Positions 30,468 through 41,699 of a stretch of 64,000 bases of DNA are shown here, in pieces (position 1 is the first letter of the stretch; every line of letters begins with the position of its first letter). The DNA is taken from NCBI GenBank assembly GCA_963786955.1, contig CAWBAT010000009.1, positions 32,001 to 96,000 on the forward strand, written 5' to 3'. The translations under genes were made by a program, and so were the position numbers. Origin of the DNA: an uncultured Acidimicrobiia bacterium (GTDB lineage: Bacteria > Acidobacteriota > Terriglobia > Versatilivoradales > Versatilivoraceae). Below the pieces are notes generated by a model. It was not told where the DNA came from. It made no database searches and worked only from the letters and a program-made list of their open reading frames with translations.

Positions 30468-32435
30468 CTACCCTACCTCAACGACTGCTTCCGTGATCTG
30501 GCCCAAATACTTCCCGTCGCACATCACATCAGCCGCAATTGCAAACCGTGAGGAGACCGGGCGCCAATCTTTTGGGATTTGGACCTTGAACTCTCTTCGC
30601 ACTTTCTGCTGCGAGGGGACATCAAATCTTAGCACTTCCGGTTCTATATGCCATTCCCGCGGAGCTACCAGTGCCACCTCCATTTTCAGGGGTGCAGTCC
30701 GGTAGTTTTGGACTCGCACCTCTGCCGAGGATGATTCCCCCGCGCGTATGATCATTTGATACGGATAGAGACTGCACCAGCTTGGATCGAGCCCGAAATT
30801 GACATCCGGGTCCGCAATAATCTCATGGAAGAAGCGGGTCTGTCTTTTCAACTTTTCTTCGGTCATGAGCAAGTCACCCCGATTCACGAGGAATGGTTTC
30901 CCATGGCCCGGTGCAAGCAAGTTAGGTTCATGGTCAATCAAGTTACGGATCGACTTCAGATGACTGTCGCTTTCGACATGATTTCGAAAGATCAGGTTAT
31001 GCCGCAAGACGCTCTCGGAGGAATCCGGATTTGAAAAGAGTGCATCGCCCGTAAATGCTACTCTCGCTCCATCGATGCTGACAAATAACGCCATTTGATA
31101 CTCGGTATGCCCCGGTGAATGGGTGATCTCAAACTCATATTCCTCCCACTTGAAATGCTCCTTATCTTGAAAAGACCGTGAGACCCTAAATGGCTCACCT
31201 AAAATACATCCAAGGTTGTGACCGCGTGGGTTTTCAAAGATATCAACCATATTCTCGTAGCACCAGACCTGGGTATTGTAATGATTGATCAAATGTGGAA
31301 ATCCATTCATATGATCATCGTGCATATGACTGGGCATGGCCACATCAACAGCCTTCATGCCAAAACGCGATTTCAGATCACTGATGTTATGTTCCACAAA
31401 TCGAATTCGGTCGGTGGTCGCCGTGGCGCGCTCAAAATTGAAAAAATGTGTCCCAGAAGCAGAGCCATAATCAATAAACATCGCTTTCCCGCTGTTACTC
31501 AAGATGGCGTAAAAGGACGAAGTGGTAAGATGGTGGGCAATCAAATGCGGGCTGACGGCGTATCCGCGGGAGCTCAGGCTGGGTGCGTTTCCTGTTTGAA
31601 ACCGGTAATAATCTGTCAGGCGATCGATAGTTTGTTGAATGCCTGTGTCGGGATCCGGCAGCGGTTCTCCGTGCGAAGGACATACCAGTGCCGGTTTTTG
31701 TTCCCGCAATTGAGCGAGCGAAAAAACCCCCAAATCAACCCCTTCAAACCCGCCATAATTGACTTGTGTATCCCAAAGATTGACGAGTTTGCCGGGTGAG
31801 TGCATCAGATCCCCGCTGAAAGCCACCTTCTTCCCATCCACTTCAATGATCAGCGTGACCGAACCCAATGTGTGTCCCGGGGTAGGTAATACAAAAATAT
31901 CGCGTTTGCTCCAGCGAATGGTTCCATAATCATGAAGGACTTGAGCAACAGGAATATTCTCGGTGAGCGTATTGAAGTCGTTCCGAACATAGTAGAGGTG
32001 GAACACCCTGCGATTGCGCCAGAAGTTTTCGGCGTCTCCAAAATAGTGCTGCTCGTGAGCTGGCACAGCGATCGGAATGGAACGCTCCACCGCTTTGTAA
32101 TCCCCTTGGCACTGGTCGCGATGATGATGGGTATGTAAAATCCAGTCTACTTGAGTAATCCCTAACTGCGGGAGATAATCGAGTATCTTGCCGGATCCAA
32201 AGTCAATCAATAGGCCGTGATTGCCATCGCGAATGAGATACACATTGCACGTGTCTTCCAGGTAAAAGAGATTTTCCGACACCTTCTTCAGTTCCGCATT
32301 CGGTGTGAATGAAGTCCTACGCTGTGATTCCTTCTTCGCTGCAGAGACAGTCCCTTGACTGAGCGAAACGCCTGCGGGGGCCATGGCGGCGACTCCCGCG
32401 GATTTAATAAAACCACGTCGTGAAGTCTTGCTCAT
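30468..32435 (-). CDS. Tat-exported tandem MBL-fold metallo-hydrolase
   Basis: SRRGFIK Tat motif; domain 1 HTHHHRDQ/PGHT/SGD/PSHG; domain 2 SHMHDDH/PGHT/TGD/PGHG. Confidence 0.85.
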   Translation of the reverse strand: MSKTSRRGFIKSAGVAAMAPAGVSLSQGTVSAAKKESQRRTSFTPNAELKKVSENLFYLEDTCNVYLIRDGNHGLLIDFGSGKILDYLPQLGITQVDWILHTHHHRDQCQGDYKAVERSIPIAVPAHEQHYFGDAENFWRNRRVFHLYYVRNDFNTLTENIPVAQVLHDYGTIRWSKRDIFVLPTPGHTLGSVTLIIEVDGKKVAFSGDLMHSPGKLVNLWDTQVNYGGFEGVDLGVFSLAQLREQKPALVCPSHGEPLPDPDTGIQQTIDRLTDYYRFQTGNAPSLSSRGYAVSPHLIAHHLTTSSFYAILSNSGKAMFIDYGSASGTHFFNFERATATTDRIRFVEHNISDLKSRFGMKAVDVAMPSHMHDDHMNGFPHLINHYNTQVWCYENMVDIFENPRGHNLGCILGEPFRVSRSFQDKEHFKWEEYEFEITHSPGHTEYQMALFVSIDGARVAFTGDALFSNPDSSESVLRHNLIFRNHVESDSHLKSIRNLIDHEPNLLAPGHGKPFLVNRGDLLMTEEKLKRQTRFFHEIIADPDVNFGLDPSWCSLYPYQMIIRAGESSSAEVRVQNYRTAPLKMEVALVAPREWHIEPEVLRFDVPSQQKVRREFKVQIPKDWRPVSSRFAIAADVMCDGKYLGQITEAVVEVG

Positions 32436-32778
32436 CGAAACCCTCCTTCATTATGTCCTGTTAACATTGAGTGAAAATGAAGTGTGGAAAACAGCCTAGG
32501 ACCCCAATTCCCGGGCATTCATCCGGAGCGGCAACAAGCGGGTAGATCCTTGAGGCGTCTTCATTGTTCCTCAAGGGAGACTGACCCGTTCTTTCGAGCC
32601 TTCGACCTCCATAGGAGGATGTGAATAGATTTCAAAGCGCCAATTGCGAGCACATGACCGCCTTCCAGTTCGAAAAATGGCTTAAACCTAATGCACCAAG
32701 TCTTACGTCCTGACCAAAGTTATCTTAATCTCTTGGGGGCTGTCGTGAAGTAGTCTTCAGAGGTCGATTCCCGTGTGC

Positions 32779-33519
32779 TCAACTAACATGCCTTCCGCCG
32801 TCTACTCGAATGCACTCCCCGGTAATGAAATCTGTTTCGATGAGACTGATGACGGCTTTGGCAATTTCATCTTCTCCACCCCACCGCCCGAGCGGCGTTG
32901 CTCTCTTAACTTCAGCATCTTCTTCCGGGGTTAAGCCGGGTGGCGCCAAAATGGGTCCGGGCGCTATGGCATTCACCAAGATGTGATACGGAGCCAATTC
33001 CAGCGCTAAACTTTCGGTTAAACCAATCACTCCCACCTTCGAAACGTAATACTCGACAAACCCCTTGTAACGGGGGCGGCCACTGGCCGCAATCCAATCC
33101 GCGAAATTGATGATGCGGCCCCCCCCTTGGGCGCGCATTGCTGGAAGGACTGCTTTGGCACACAAGTAGGCGCTCTTAAGATTGACACTGATATTCTCGT
33201 CCCAATCTGCCTCGCTGGTTTCCAGAAAGGGTTTCGACAAATAAACTGAAGCCATATTCACAAGTATGTCGATCCTGCCCATCTGAAGGAGAATTTCCTT
33301 CACCATGGATTGGGTATCTTGTGAGAGCGAGAGGTTGGCCTGTAAGGTCATTGCCCTTCGGCCTTTGTTCCCGATCAATTCGGCCGCCGCCACCGCTTCT
33401 TTTTTGGACCGGTTGTACGTCAAGACTACATCCGCGCCCTTTTCGGCCAGACGTAGACCGACAACACTTCCGATCCTCTTCGTCCCCGTAATCACCGCAA
33501 CTTTTCCTTGGATGTCCAT
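32779..33519 (-). CDS. SDR family oxidoreductase (pteridine reductase/FolM-like)
   Basis: GGAGG RBS; TGTKRIG, YYVSK catalytic YxxxK, VNAIAPG, ITGECIRVDGG. Confidence 0.85.
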   Translation of the reverse strand: MDIQGKVAVITGTKRIGSVVGLRLAEKGADVVLTYNRSKKEAVAAAELIGNKGRRAMTLQANLSLSQDTQSMVKEILLQMGRIDILVNMASVYLSKPFLETSEADWDENISVNLKSAYLCAKAVLPAMRAQGGGRIINFADWIAASGRPRYKGFVEYYVSKVGVIGLTESLALELAPYHILVNAIAPGPILAPPGLTPEEDAEVKRATPLGRWGGEDEIAKAVISLIETDFITGECIRVDGGRHVS

Positions 33520-33679
33520 AGAGCCTCCTCCTCTCACGTTCTCCTATTTAAGGGCGAATCCATTCGTGAATGATCAAAACTACCTTCGCTCCTACAATGA
33601 ATGGCTATGACGGACAGCAGTGTATCACGCTCGTTTCATTCCTGCTTTTTTTTGGAAATACCAAAATCTACTTGCTTAA

Positions 33680-35770
<2,091 letters not shown>

Positions 35771-35840
35771 ACAGAAGTCTTTGGTAAACTTGTAAGGTTT
35801 ACGAGGGGCAGATAAGATGCTGCATAGAAGCCCACATCTA

Positions 35841-35990
35841 ATGTATCTCCTGCAGTTTGAGAGCTTTCAAAACTCGATTCGGATGTTGCTGAATAAACTC
35901 AGTGAGAATCGGCTGACGCGATTGGCCTGTGCGCTTGGAGGGATCATTGTCCTCACCCTCATTTTCCGCTTCCTGGCCCGCAAGAAGTGA
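35841..35990 (+). CDS. Small membrane protein, 49 aa (not in ORF track)
   Basis: MYLLQFESFQNSIRMLLNKLSENRLTRLACALGGIIVLTLIFRFLARKK: one TM followed by a basic tail. Confidence 0.5.
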   Translation: MYLLQFESFQNSIRMLLNKLSENRLTRLACALGGIIVLTLIFRFLARKK

Positions 35991-36064
35991 ACTTCGAAGT
36001 CATCTTCCTTTAGCTGCGTACCCGAACGTCTCCGGTAGCCAAGGTGAGCGCTTTCAGCGAGCCG

Positions 36065-36117
36065 CCGGGTGGCGAAAACATGTGCTTTTTCATCTCTTCG
36101 AACAAAGTTGCCTGGGG
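36065..36117 (+). repeat. Dispersed hairpin element, copy A (degenerate)
   Basis: CCGGGTGGCGAAAACATGTGCTTTTTCATCTCTTCGAACAAAGTTGCCTGGGG, similar to the copies at 57540 and 60609. Confidence 0.75.
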
Positions 36118-36282
36118 TAGTCAACTTGAAGGCGTTTTGCGAGGCGTGGAGTATCCGCAAGCTCGGAAAATGCCCACGGCTTGGAGCAACCCGCCACACC
36201 TTGACGACCTGATGCGACTGTGTCAAACTCTCACTCGATAAGGCGCTATCCTAACTTTGGAGGTTCAACCACCACACACCGT

Positions 36283-37302
36283 ATGAAGAAAAGTGTTGCG
36301 TTTGAGCAGGGTGCAGAAGCCCTATTCGGGACTCTAGACGAAAACCTGCATTTTTTGGAGTCAGCTTTTGATGTTCGCCTTTCCCTTACGGAGAACAACC
36401 TCGTCATTGAAGGCGCCGATACTCATGTCGCCGTTATTGAACGCTTAGTCCTGGATTACAACCAAGTTCGCCAAGATGGAATACAATTCTCCAATGGCGA
36501 TCTGAAGTCTATCATCAAGATCCTTTCTGAAGATTCCTCGCTACGTTTACAAGATTGCTTTCCGGCCGCCAAAACTCGTGTCTGCGGTCGAAAAACCATC
36601 ACCCCTCGTGGTCTGAATCAAAGACGGTATCTCGATGCCATCGAGAAGTCTGACATGGTTTTTGGAATCGGGCCCGCCGGGACAGGCAAGACCTATCTTG
36701 CTGTCGCCATGGCAGTTGTTTTTTTTGCTGCCAAGCGGGTCAATCGCATCGTCCTGGCGAGACCCGCTGTAGAAGCCGGCGAGCGGCTGGGTTTTCTGCC
36801 TGGAAGTATTCAAGAAAAAGTGGACCCCTATCTCCGGCCTTTGTATGACGCGCTCTGGGACTTGCTTGACGTCGACAAAGTGGATCGACATTTGGAGCGT
36901 GGGACCATTGAAGTGGCCCCCCTCGCATTCATGCGCGGCCGCACCCTGAATGATGCCTTCGTGATTTTGGATGAGGCTCAAAATACCACTTCGGAACAAA
37001 TGAAAATGTTTCTGACTCGAATTGGCTTTAATTCGAAGGCGGTAATCACTGGGGATATTACCCAAACCGATCTTCCCCACGGCAAGACCTCTGGACTGAT
37101 TGAAGCTCGCAGCGTTGTCTCCAAGATTGAAGGAATCGATTTCGTGACCTTTACCGAGAAGGACGTCGTCCGAAACCCGCTGGTCCAACGCATCGTTCGT
37201 GCCTACGATGAATATGGTCGCGCTGCCTCTAGTCCTCTGAATTCTGCAGAGAAGCATACCAGTGGATCCCCTGCTCTTCCTGGAAAGATCGAGAACGCAT
37301 AA
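36283..37302 (+). CDS. phoH: PhoH family ATPase
   Basis: GPAGTGKTYLA, RPAVEAGERLGFLPG, PLAFMRGRTL, LDEAQN, GDITQTDL. Confidence 0.95.
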   Translation: MKKSVAFEQGAEALFGTLDENLHFLESAFDVRLSLTENNLVIEGADTHVAVIERLVLDYNQVRQDGIQFSNGDLKSIIKILSEDSSLRLQDCFPAAKTRVCGRKTITPRGLNQRRYLDAIEKSDMVFGIGPAGTGKTYLAVAMAVVFFAAKRVNRIVLARPAVEAGERLGFLPGSIQEKVDPYLRPLYDALWDLLDVDKVDRHLERGTIEVAPLAFMRGRTLNDAFVILDEAQNTTSEQMKMFLTRIGFNSKAVITGDITQTDLPHGKTSGLIEARSVVSKIEGIDFVTFTEKDVVRNPLVQRIVRAYDEYGRAASSPLNSAEKHTSGSPALPGKIENA

Positions 37303-37319
37303 TTTCCCCGCACCGCTCC

Positions 37320-37763
37320 ATGACAACCATCCAACCCAACATCTTCAACCGGCAGCGCAAGCATGCCGTCTCAGTTCCCCGGCTTGAACAATTTAGCCGT
37401 AAACTGTGCCGGCACTTGAAATTGCCTCATTGTGACTTCACTCTCATTCTCTCGAACGACCGGAAGATTCGTCGGCTCAATCGGTTGTTCCGCCATAAAG
37501 ATCAACCCACAGATATCCTTACTTTCCCATCGTCCCCGACCGATTGGAAAGACGATCCATTTGAAAACCGGAGTTTGGGTGATATGATGGTCTCCGTTGA
37601 AACTGCCTACCGACAGGCTATCCGGCAAAGACACAGTCTCGAACGGGAGATTGACATCCTATTGATCCACGGAGTGCTCCATTTGCTAGGTTACGATCAT
37701 GAGAGGGACCAGGGGCAGATGCGCCGGAAAGAGCGGCGCCTGCAAAAACAACTTCTATGTTAA
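37320..37763 (+). CDS. ybeY: rRNA maturation RNase YbeY
   Basis: PTDILTF, LGD, HGVLHLLGYDH. Confidence 0.95.
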   Translation: MTTIQPNIFNRQRKHAVSVPRLEQFSRKLCRHLKLPHCDFTLILSNDRKIRRLNRLFRHKDQPTDILTFPSSPTDWKDDPFENRSLGDMMVSVETAYRQAIRQRHSLEREIDILLIHGVLHLLGYDHERDQGQMRRKERRLQKQLLC

Positions 37764-39055
37764 CAACCATTGCCATCCTACTCACCCTCACGCTCCTGTC
37801 TCTTGTCACCTGTCTATCCCTTTTTGAGATGAGCCTCACACGGATCAGTAAAGTGACCGTACGGCGACTCCAGGAAAGGAGCAAGGCGCATGCCTTGGAG
37901 CAGCTCAAGGTTCTGGTTGAAAACCGGCTCGAAGGGTTGGTGTCCGTTTATGTGGGCGTCCAGTTATGCATGGTCACCTTTGCCATCCTCGTAACAGGAT
38001 ATCTGCATCGCTTGTACCAGAGCTACGCGATTGCCCTCCCGGCCGCGGTTGGCATTATGTTTATGGTCGTGGTTATCTTTCGCCAGTTGATCCCTCGGGT
38101 GTTCACCTTTAAGAAGCCCGAGCGGGTCCTCTTCCTGCTCCTTCCAGTCTATGAAGTCCTCAAACCTGCCTTGAATCTTCTGGCCTATCCGTTGTCTTCT
38201 AGTTTGCGGCTTTTTCAGCAATTCAATGTGGAAAACGAAGCGCCCAAGACAGAAGAACATATTGAAGAAGAAATCCAGGCCTACATCGATGTGGGGAAGG
38301 AGCAGGGGCTGCTTGAAAAGGGCGATGAGCAACTGATCCAGTCAGTCTTTGAATTTGGCGACAAAGTAGCGGGTGACATCATGACTCCGCGGACGGAGAT
38401 AGTCACCGTCGATATCGACGCCTCACTGGATAGGCTCAAAGCCATCATGATTGAGACCAAGTATTCCCGTCTGCCGGTCTTTCGTGAGCATGTCGAAAAT
38501 ATCGTAGGGATGGTCTATTTGAAGGACGTCATCGATGTTTGGGATGATCCTTCCGTGACTCTAACCCTGGAAAAACTCCTCAGACCCATTGAGTTTGTCC
38601 CTGAAACAAAGCGCCTGGCCGAATTGCTCTCGGATTTACAGCACAAGGCCTCTCACATTGCTATCGTGGTTGATGAATACGGAGGAGTGGCTGGACTCGT
38701 CACCATCGAAGATATCCTTGAAGAAATTACAGGGGAAATTCATGATGAAGATGAAGCCGCTGACATCGTTCAAATTTTGCAGGATAAAGACGGCAATTAC
38801 CTGGTCCCGGGCAGGATCCCGATACAGCAGGTAGAGGAAATGTTTCACCTCGACCTTCGGGATGTCGAACATGCTACCATCGCCGGATACGTGACATCGG
38901 TCTTTGGCAGAGTTCCTAAGAGGGGTGAGCACTGCGAATTGCAGGGTCTTCGCTTTGAGGTAAAAGAGGCGGATCGTCGCCGAATTCATAAGTTGTTGGT
39001 TCGACGTTCCACGGTTGCGTCTGAGGATAGTCCGCCTCGGCAAGCCGCGAAATAA
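37757..39055 (+). CDS. HlyC/CorC (CNNM, DUF21-CBS-CorC) family membrane protein
   Basis: N-terminal TMs, IMTPRTEI, YSRLPV, VVDEYGGVAGLVTIEDILEEITGEI, TIAGYV. Confidence 0.92.
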   Translation: MLTTIAILLTLTLLSLVTCLSLFEMSLTRISKVTVRRLQERSKAHALEQLKVLVENRLEGLVSVYVGVQLCMVTFAILVTGYLHRLYQSYAIALPAAVGIMFMVVVIFRQLIPRVFTFKKPERVLFLLLPVYEVLKPALNLLAYPLSSSLRLFQQFNVENEAPKTEEHIEEEIQAYIDVGKEQGLLEKGDEQLIQSVFEFGDKVAGDIMTPRTEIVTVDIDASLDRLKAIMIETKYSRLPVFREHVENIVGMVYLKDVIDVWDDPSVTLTLEKLLRPIEFVPETKRLAELLSDLQHKASHIAIVVDEYGGVAGLVTIEDILEEITGEIHDEDEAADIVQILQDKDGNYLVPGRIPIQQVEEMFHLDLRDVEHATIAGYVTSVFGRVPKRGEHCELQGLRFEVKEADRRRIHKLLVRRSTVASEDSPPRQAAK

Positions 39056-39212
39056 TGATTTTTGTTTTGGGTCGGGGGGACGCCCGCAAAGGGAATGCAC
39101 CCATTAAAGTTTGTAGGAAAAAGTGCTCTCCGTCTGGCCAAAAAAGTGGGCGCGGGCAGCATAGAGCAGTTCATTGTTGTCTCATTGTGATAGTGTCCAA
39201 ATCATAAAACTC

Positions 39213-40103
39213 ATGTTCAAATCCGGTTTTGTCTCCATCATTGGGCGTCCTAATTCCGGCAAGTCCACCTTGCTCAATCAGCTTTTGGGCGAGAAAGTGT
39301 CGATTGTTTCTGATAAGCCCCAAACGACTCGTCACAACATTCTCGGAATTCAGACACTCAAAGAAGGACAAATCGTTTTCAAGGATACCCCGGGTATTCA
39401 CAAGCCGGAATTCGAATTGAATCGCCGAATGATGCAGTTGCTCTACGATGCGCTGGAAGGTGTTGACCTCTTGCTGGCGATCGTGGACGCCTCCACTACC
39501 TTTGGCGCCGGGGACCAGTTTGTGATTGAGCTGTTACAGAAACAAAAAATTCCAACTTTTCTGCTCTTGAATAAAGTGGATTTAGTTCAGAAGCAGAACC
39601 TGTTGCCGCTCATGTCCTTCTACTCGGGGAAATTTAACTTCGCCGAGATTGTTCCCATCTCCGCTTTGAAAAAAGAAAATTTGGATTTACTTCTCACGCT
39701 TATCTTGAAACACCTTCCAGAGGGTCCTCCCTATTTTCCCGAAGACCAATTTACTGACAAACACGAGCGATTTCTGGTTGGTGAACTGGTTCGCGAAAAG
39801 ATTTTGCATCACACTCGGGAAGAATTGCCGTTCTCCATTGCCGTTTTCGTCAATCGCTTCCAAGAGCGCGACGATCAGCTCGTTTTTCTTGCCTGCGACA
39901 TAGTTGTCGAGAGGCCTTCACAGCGGAAGATTGTCATTGGCAGTCACGGTCAACTGCTCAAGCAAATTGGAACCGAAGCCCGTACCGATATTGAGAAACT
40001 TCTTGGGAAGCGGGTCTATTTGGAACTCTTTGTTAAAGTCCAGCCCGACTGGCGGAATGACCCTAGGTTTCTCGACAGCATTGAAATCAATCGGTCAGTC
40101 TGA
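39213..40103 (+). CDS. era: GTPase Era
   Basis: GRPNSGKSTL, PQTTR, DTPG, NKVD, KH domain VIGSHG.LLK.IG. Confidence 0.97.
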   Translation: MFKSGFVSIIGRPNSGKSTLLNQLLGEKVSIVSDKPQTTRHNILGIQTLKEGQIVFKDTPGIHKPEFELNRRMMQLLYDALEGVDLLLAIVDASTTFGAGDQFVIELLQKQKIPTFLLLNKVDLVQKQNLLPLMSFYSGKFNFAEIVPISALKKENLDLLLTLILKHLPEGPPYFPEDQFTDKHERFLVGELVREKILHHTREELPFSIAVFVNRFQERDDQLVFLACDIVVERPSQRKIVIGSHGQLLKQIGTEARTDIEKLLGKRVYLELFVKVQPDWRNDPRFLDSIEINRSV

Positions 40104-40738
40104 TGAAGATTAATGAAATCTACAAGAGCATTCAGGGAGAGTCTACTTATGCCGGCTTGCCTTGTGTCTTTGTACGCCTCACCTACTGCAACCTGCGGTG
40201 CAGCTATTGCGACACGGCCTATGCCTTCTATGAAGGTCAGGAAATGAGTTTGGAGCAAGTGATCCAGGCAATTCGCGAATGCGATTGTTCCCTGGTCGAA
40301 ATTACCGGCGGCGAACCCTTGCTCCAAAAAGAAGTCTACCCATTGATGGACCGGTTAATCGCCGATGGTTTTTTGGTGTTGCTCGAGACCGGAGGGAGCC
40401 TTGATATCGGAGAAGTCCACCCGAGTGTCATCAAGATTATGGACCTGAAGTGTCCCAGCAGCGAGGAATCGCAAAAGAATTGCTATGACAATCTCCATAA
40501 ACTGCAGCCACACGACGAGATCAAATTTGTTATCGGAAATCGGGCAGACTACCTTTGGGCCCTAGACATTATTCGCAAGCATCATTTAGACGAAAAATAT
40601 CGAGTCCTTTTTTCCACCGTCTTTGCCACCCTGCAGCCAAGCGAGTTGGTGAACTGGATCTTAGAGGATAAACTGAACGTCCGGTTCCAACTTCAGATCC
40701 ACAAATACATATGGAACCCGGAGAAGCGCGGCGTTTGA
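40103..40738 (+). CDS. queE: 7-carboxy-7-deazaguanine synthase (radical SAM)
   Basis: SIQGE, CNLRCSYCDT, ITGGEP, QIHKYIW. Confidence 0.88.
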   Translation: MKINEIYKSIQGESTYAGLPCVFVRLTYCNLRCSYCDTAYAFYEGQEMSLEQVIQAIRECDCSLVEITGGEPLLQKEVYPLMDRLIADGFLVLLETGGSLDIGEVHPSVIKIMDLKCPSSEESQKNCYDNLHKLQPHDEIKFVIGNRADYLWALDIIRKHHLDEKYRVLFSTVFATLQPSELVNWILEDKLNVRFQLQIHKYIWNPEKRGV

Positions 40739-40818
40739 GATTGACGCAGCAATCTTTTTTCCTGTATTCTTAGTGCGTTGTAACTGAATTCAGTACGATC
40801 TTTAGCGAGGAATGGTTC

Positions 40819-41004
40819 ATGGCAGAGAAAAAAATCAGTAAGACGGCTCGCTCCAGCATGGGAGATAAAGGCTCCGCTTTTGCCGGCAAACCTTGCCCCG
40901 CCTGCAGCACGGCTATGGTGGCCACTAAAGTCATTAAATCTGAGGAGCGGCCGGGCGGAATGTATTGGATCTGCCCGAAGGACGACACACGCGTTAGGAT
41001 ATAA
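40819..41004 (+). CDS. Small zinc-ribbon-like protein
   Basis: GAGGA RBS; CPAC...CPKD pattern; upstream TTGACG-N18-TATTCT (40741-40770). Confidence 0.7.
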   Translation: MAEKKISKTARSSMGDKGSAFAGKPCPACSTAMVATKVIKSEERPGGMYWICPKDDTRVRI

Positions 41005-41238
41005 GAACTCGGTTCCCGCTCAAGCCAGTATCCCCCGGACATAGAAACCAATTCCCCTCACGAGACCTTTCCCTCAAGGGCACCCGAGGTCTTTTCCCCT
41101 GGTTTCACATTACGCTGTGACGCAAGGTGTGGTGACATCCCAACTCGTGGCGATTGACAGAGGCAGCTTCACCCCAAGTCCCGGTGAGTCAAGCGGCAGG
41201 CGCAAAGTGTTTTACTTTTGAACCCGGAACGACACGCC

Positions 41239-41694
41239 TCATTCTTCCTCCCCAAAATACCTCAACCATTCCTTTGTATTTCCGATGCTAAGATCCCGGT
41301 TCTCTTCGACCTTGCCGCCTCCGGACTCACGAATCATTCGGTTAAATTCGTGGCATTTAAGAGCCTTGACACCGCACGTTTTGGCATACCCATAGACGGC
41401 ATTGTCCGAGGAAATCACGCACAGATCTTTTCGGTCCTTTGAGGATTCTACCCGGCGACGGATGACTTCATCCGCATTGGATTGAGGTCCAGAGAATATG
41501 AGCTGGATTCGGGAAGTTTTACGTAGGGGGGCACTTCTCCCGTCGAAAACAACGATGGCTTTCCGATGGGTCGATTCCAGAAAAGATGAGACATAATCCA
41601 CCAAGAATTGACGGGTGTTGACCGACGGTTGACTGGCAACCGACTTGGTATGTCCAATAAGATTGTTCCCGTCGATTAGGTACATTGAATCCAT
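41239..41694 (-). CDS. NYN/YacP-like PIN-fold nuclease
   Basis: YLIDGNNLI, VVFDG, NADEVI, VISSD. Confidence 0.85.
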   Translation of the reverse strand: MDSMYLIDGNNLIGHTKSVASQPSVNTRQFLVDYVSSFLESTHRKAIVVFDGRSAPLRKTSRIQLIFSGPQSNADEVIRRRVESSKDRKDLCVISSDNAVYGYAKTCGVKALKCHEFNRMIRESGGGKVEENRDLSIGNTKEWLRYFGEEE

Positions 41695-41699
41695 TGCAA

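Noticed and set aside
32549-32575. CTTGAGG...CCTCAAG as an HspR HAIR site
   Set aside because: The spacer is 13 nt rather than 7 and the half-sites differ from CTTGAGT/ACTCAAG.
36547-37326. 259-aa antisense ORF (and similar long antisense ORFs at 1207-1827, 5650-6267, 54811-55446, 59060-59602)
   Set aside because: Shadow ORFs opposite well-supported genes; no recognisable motifs.
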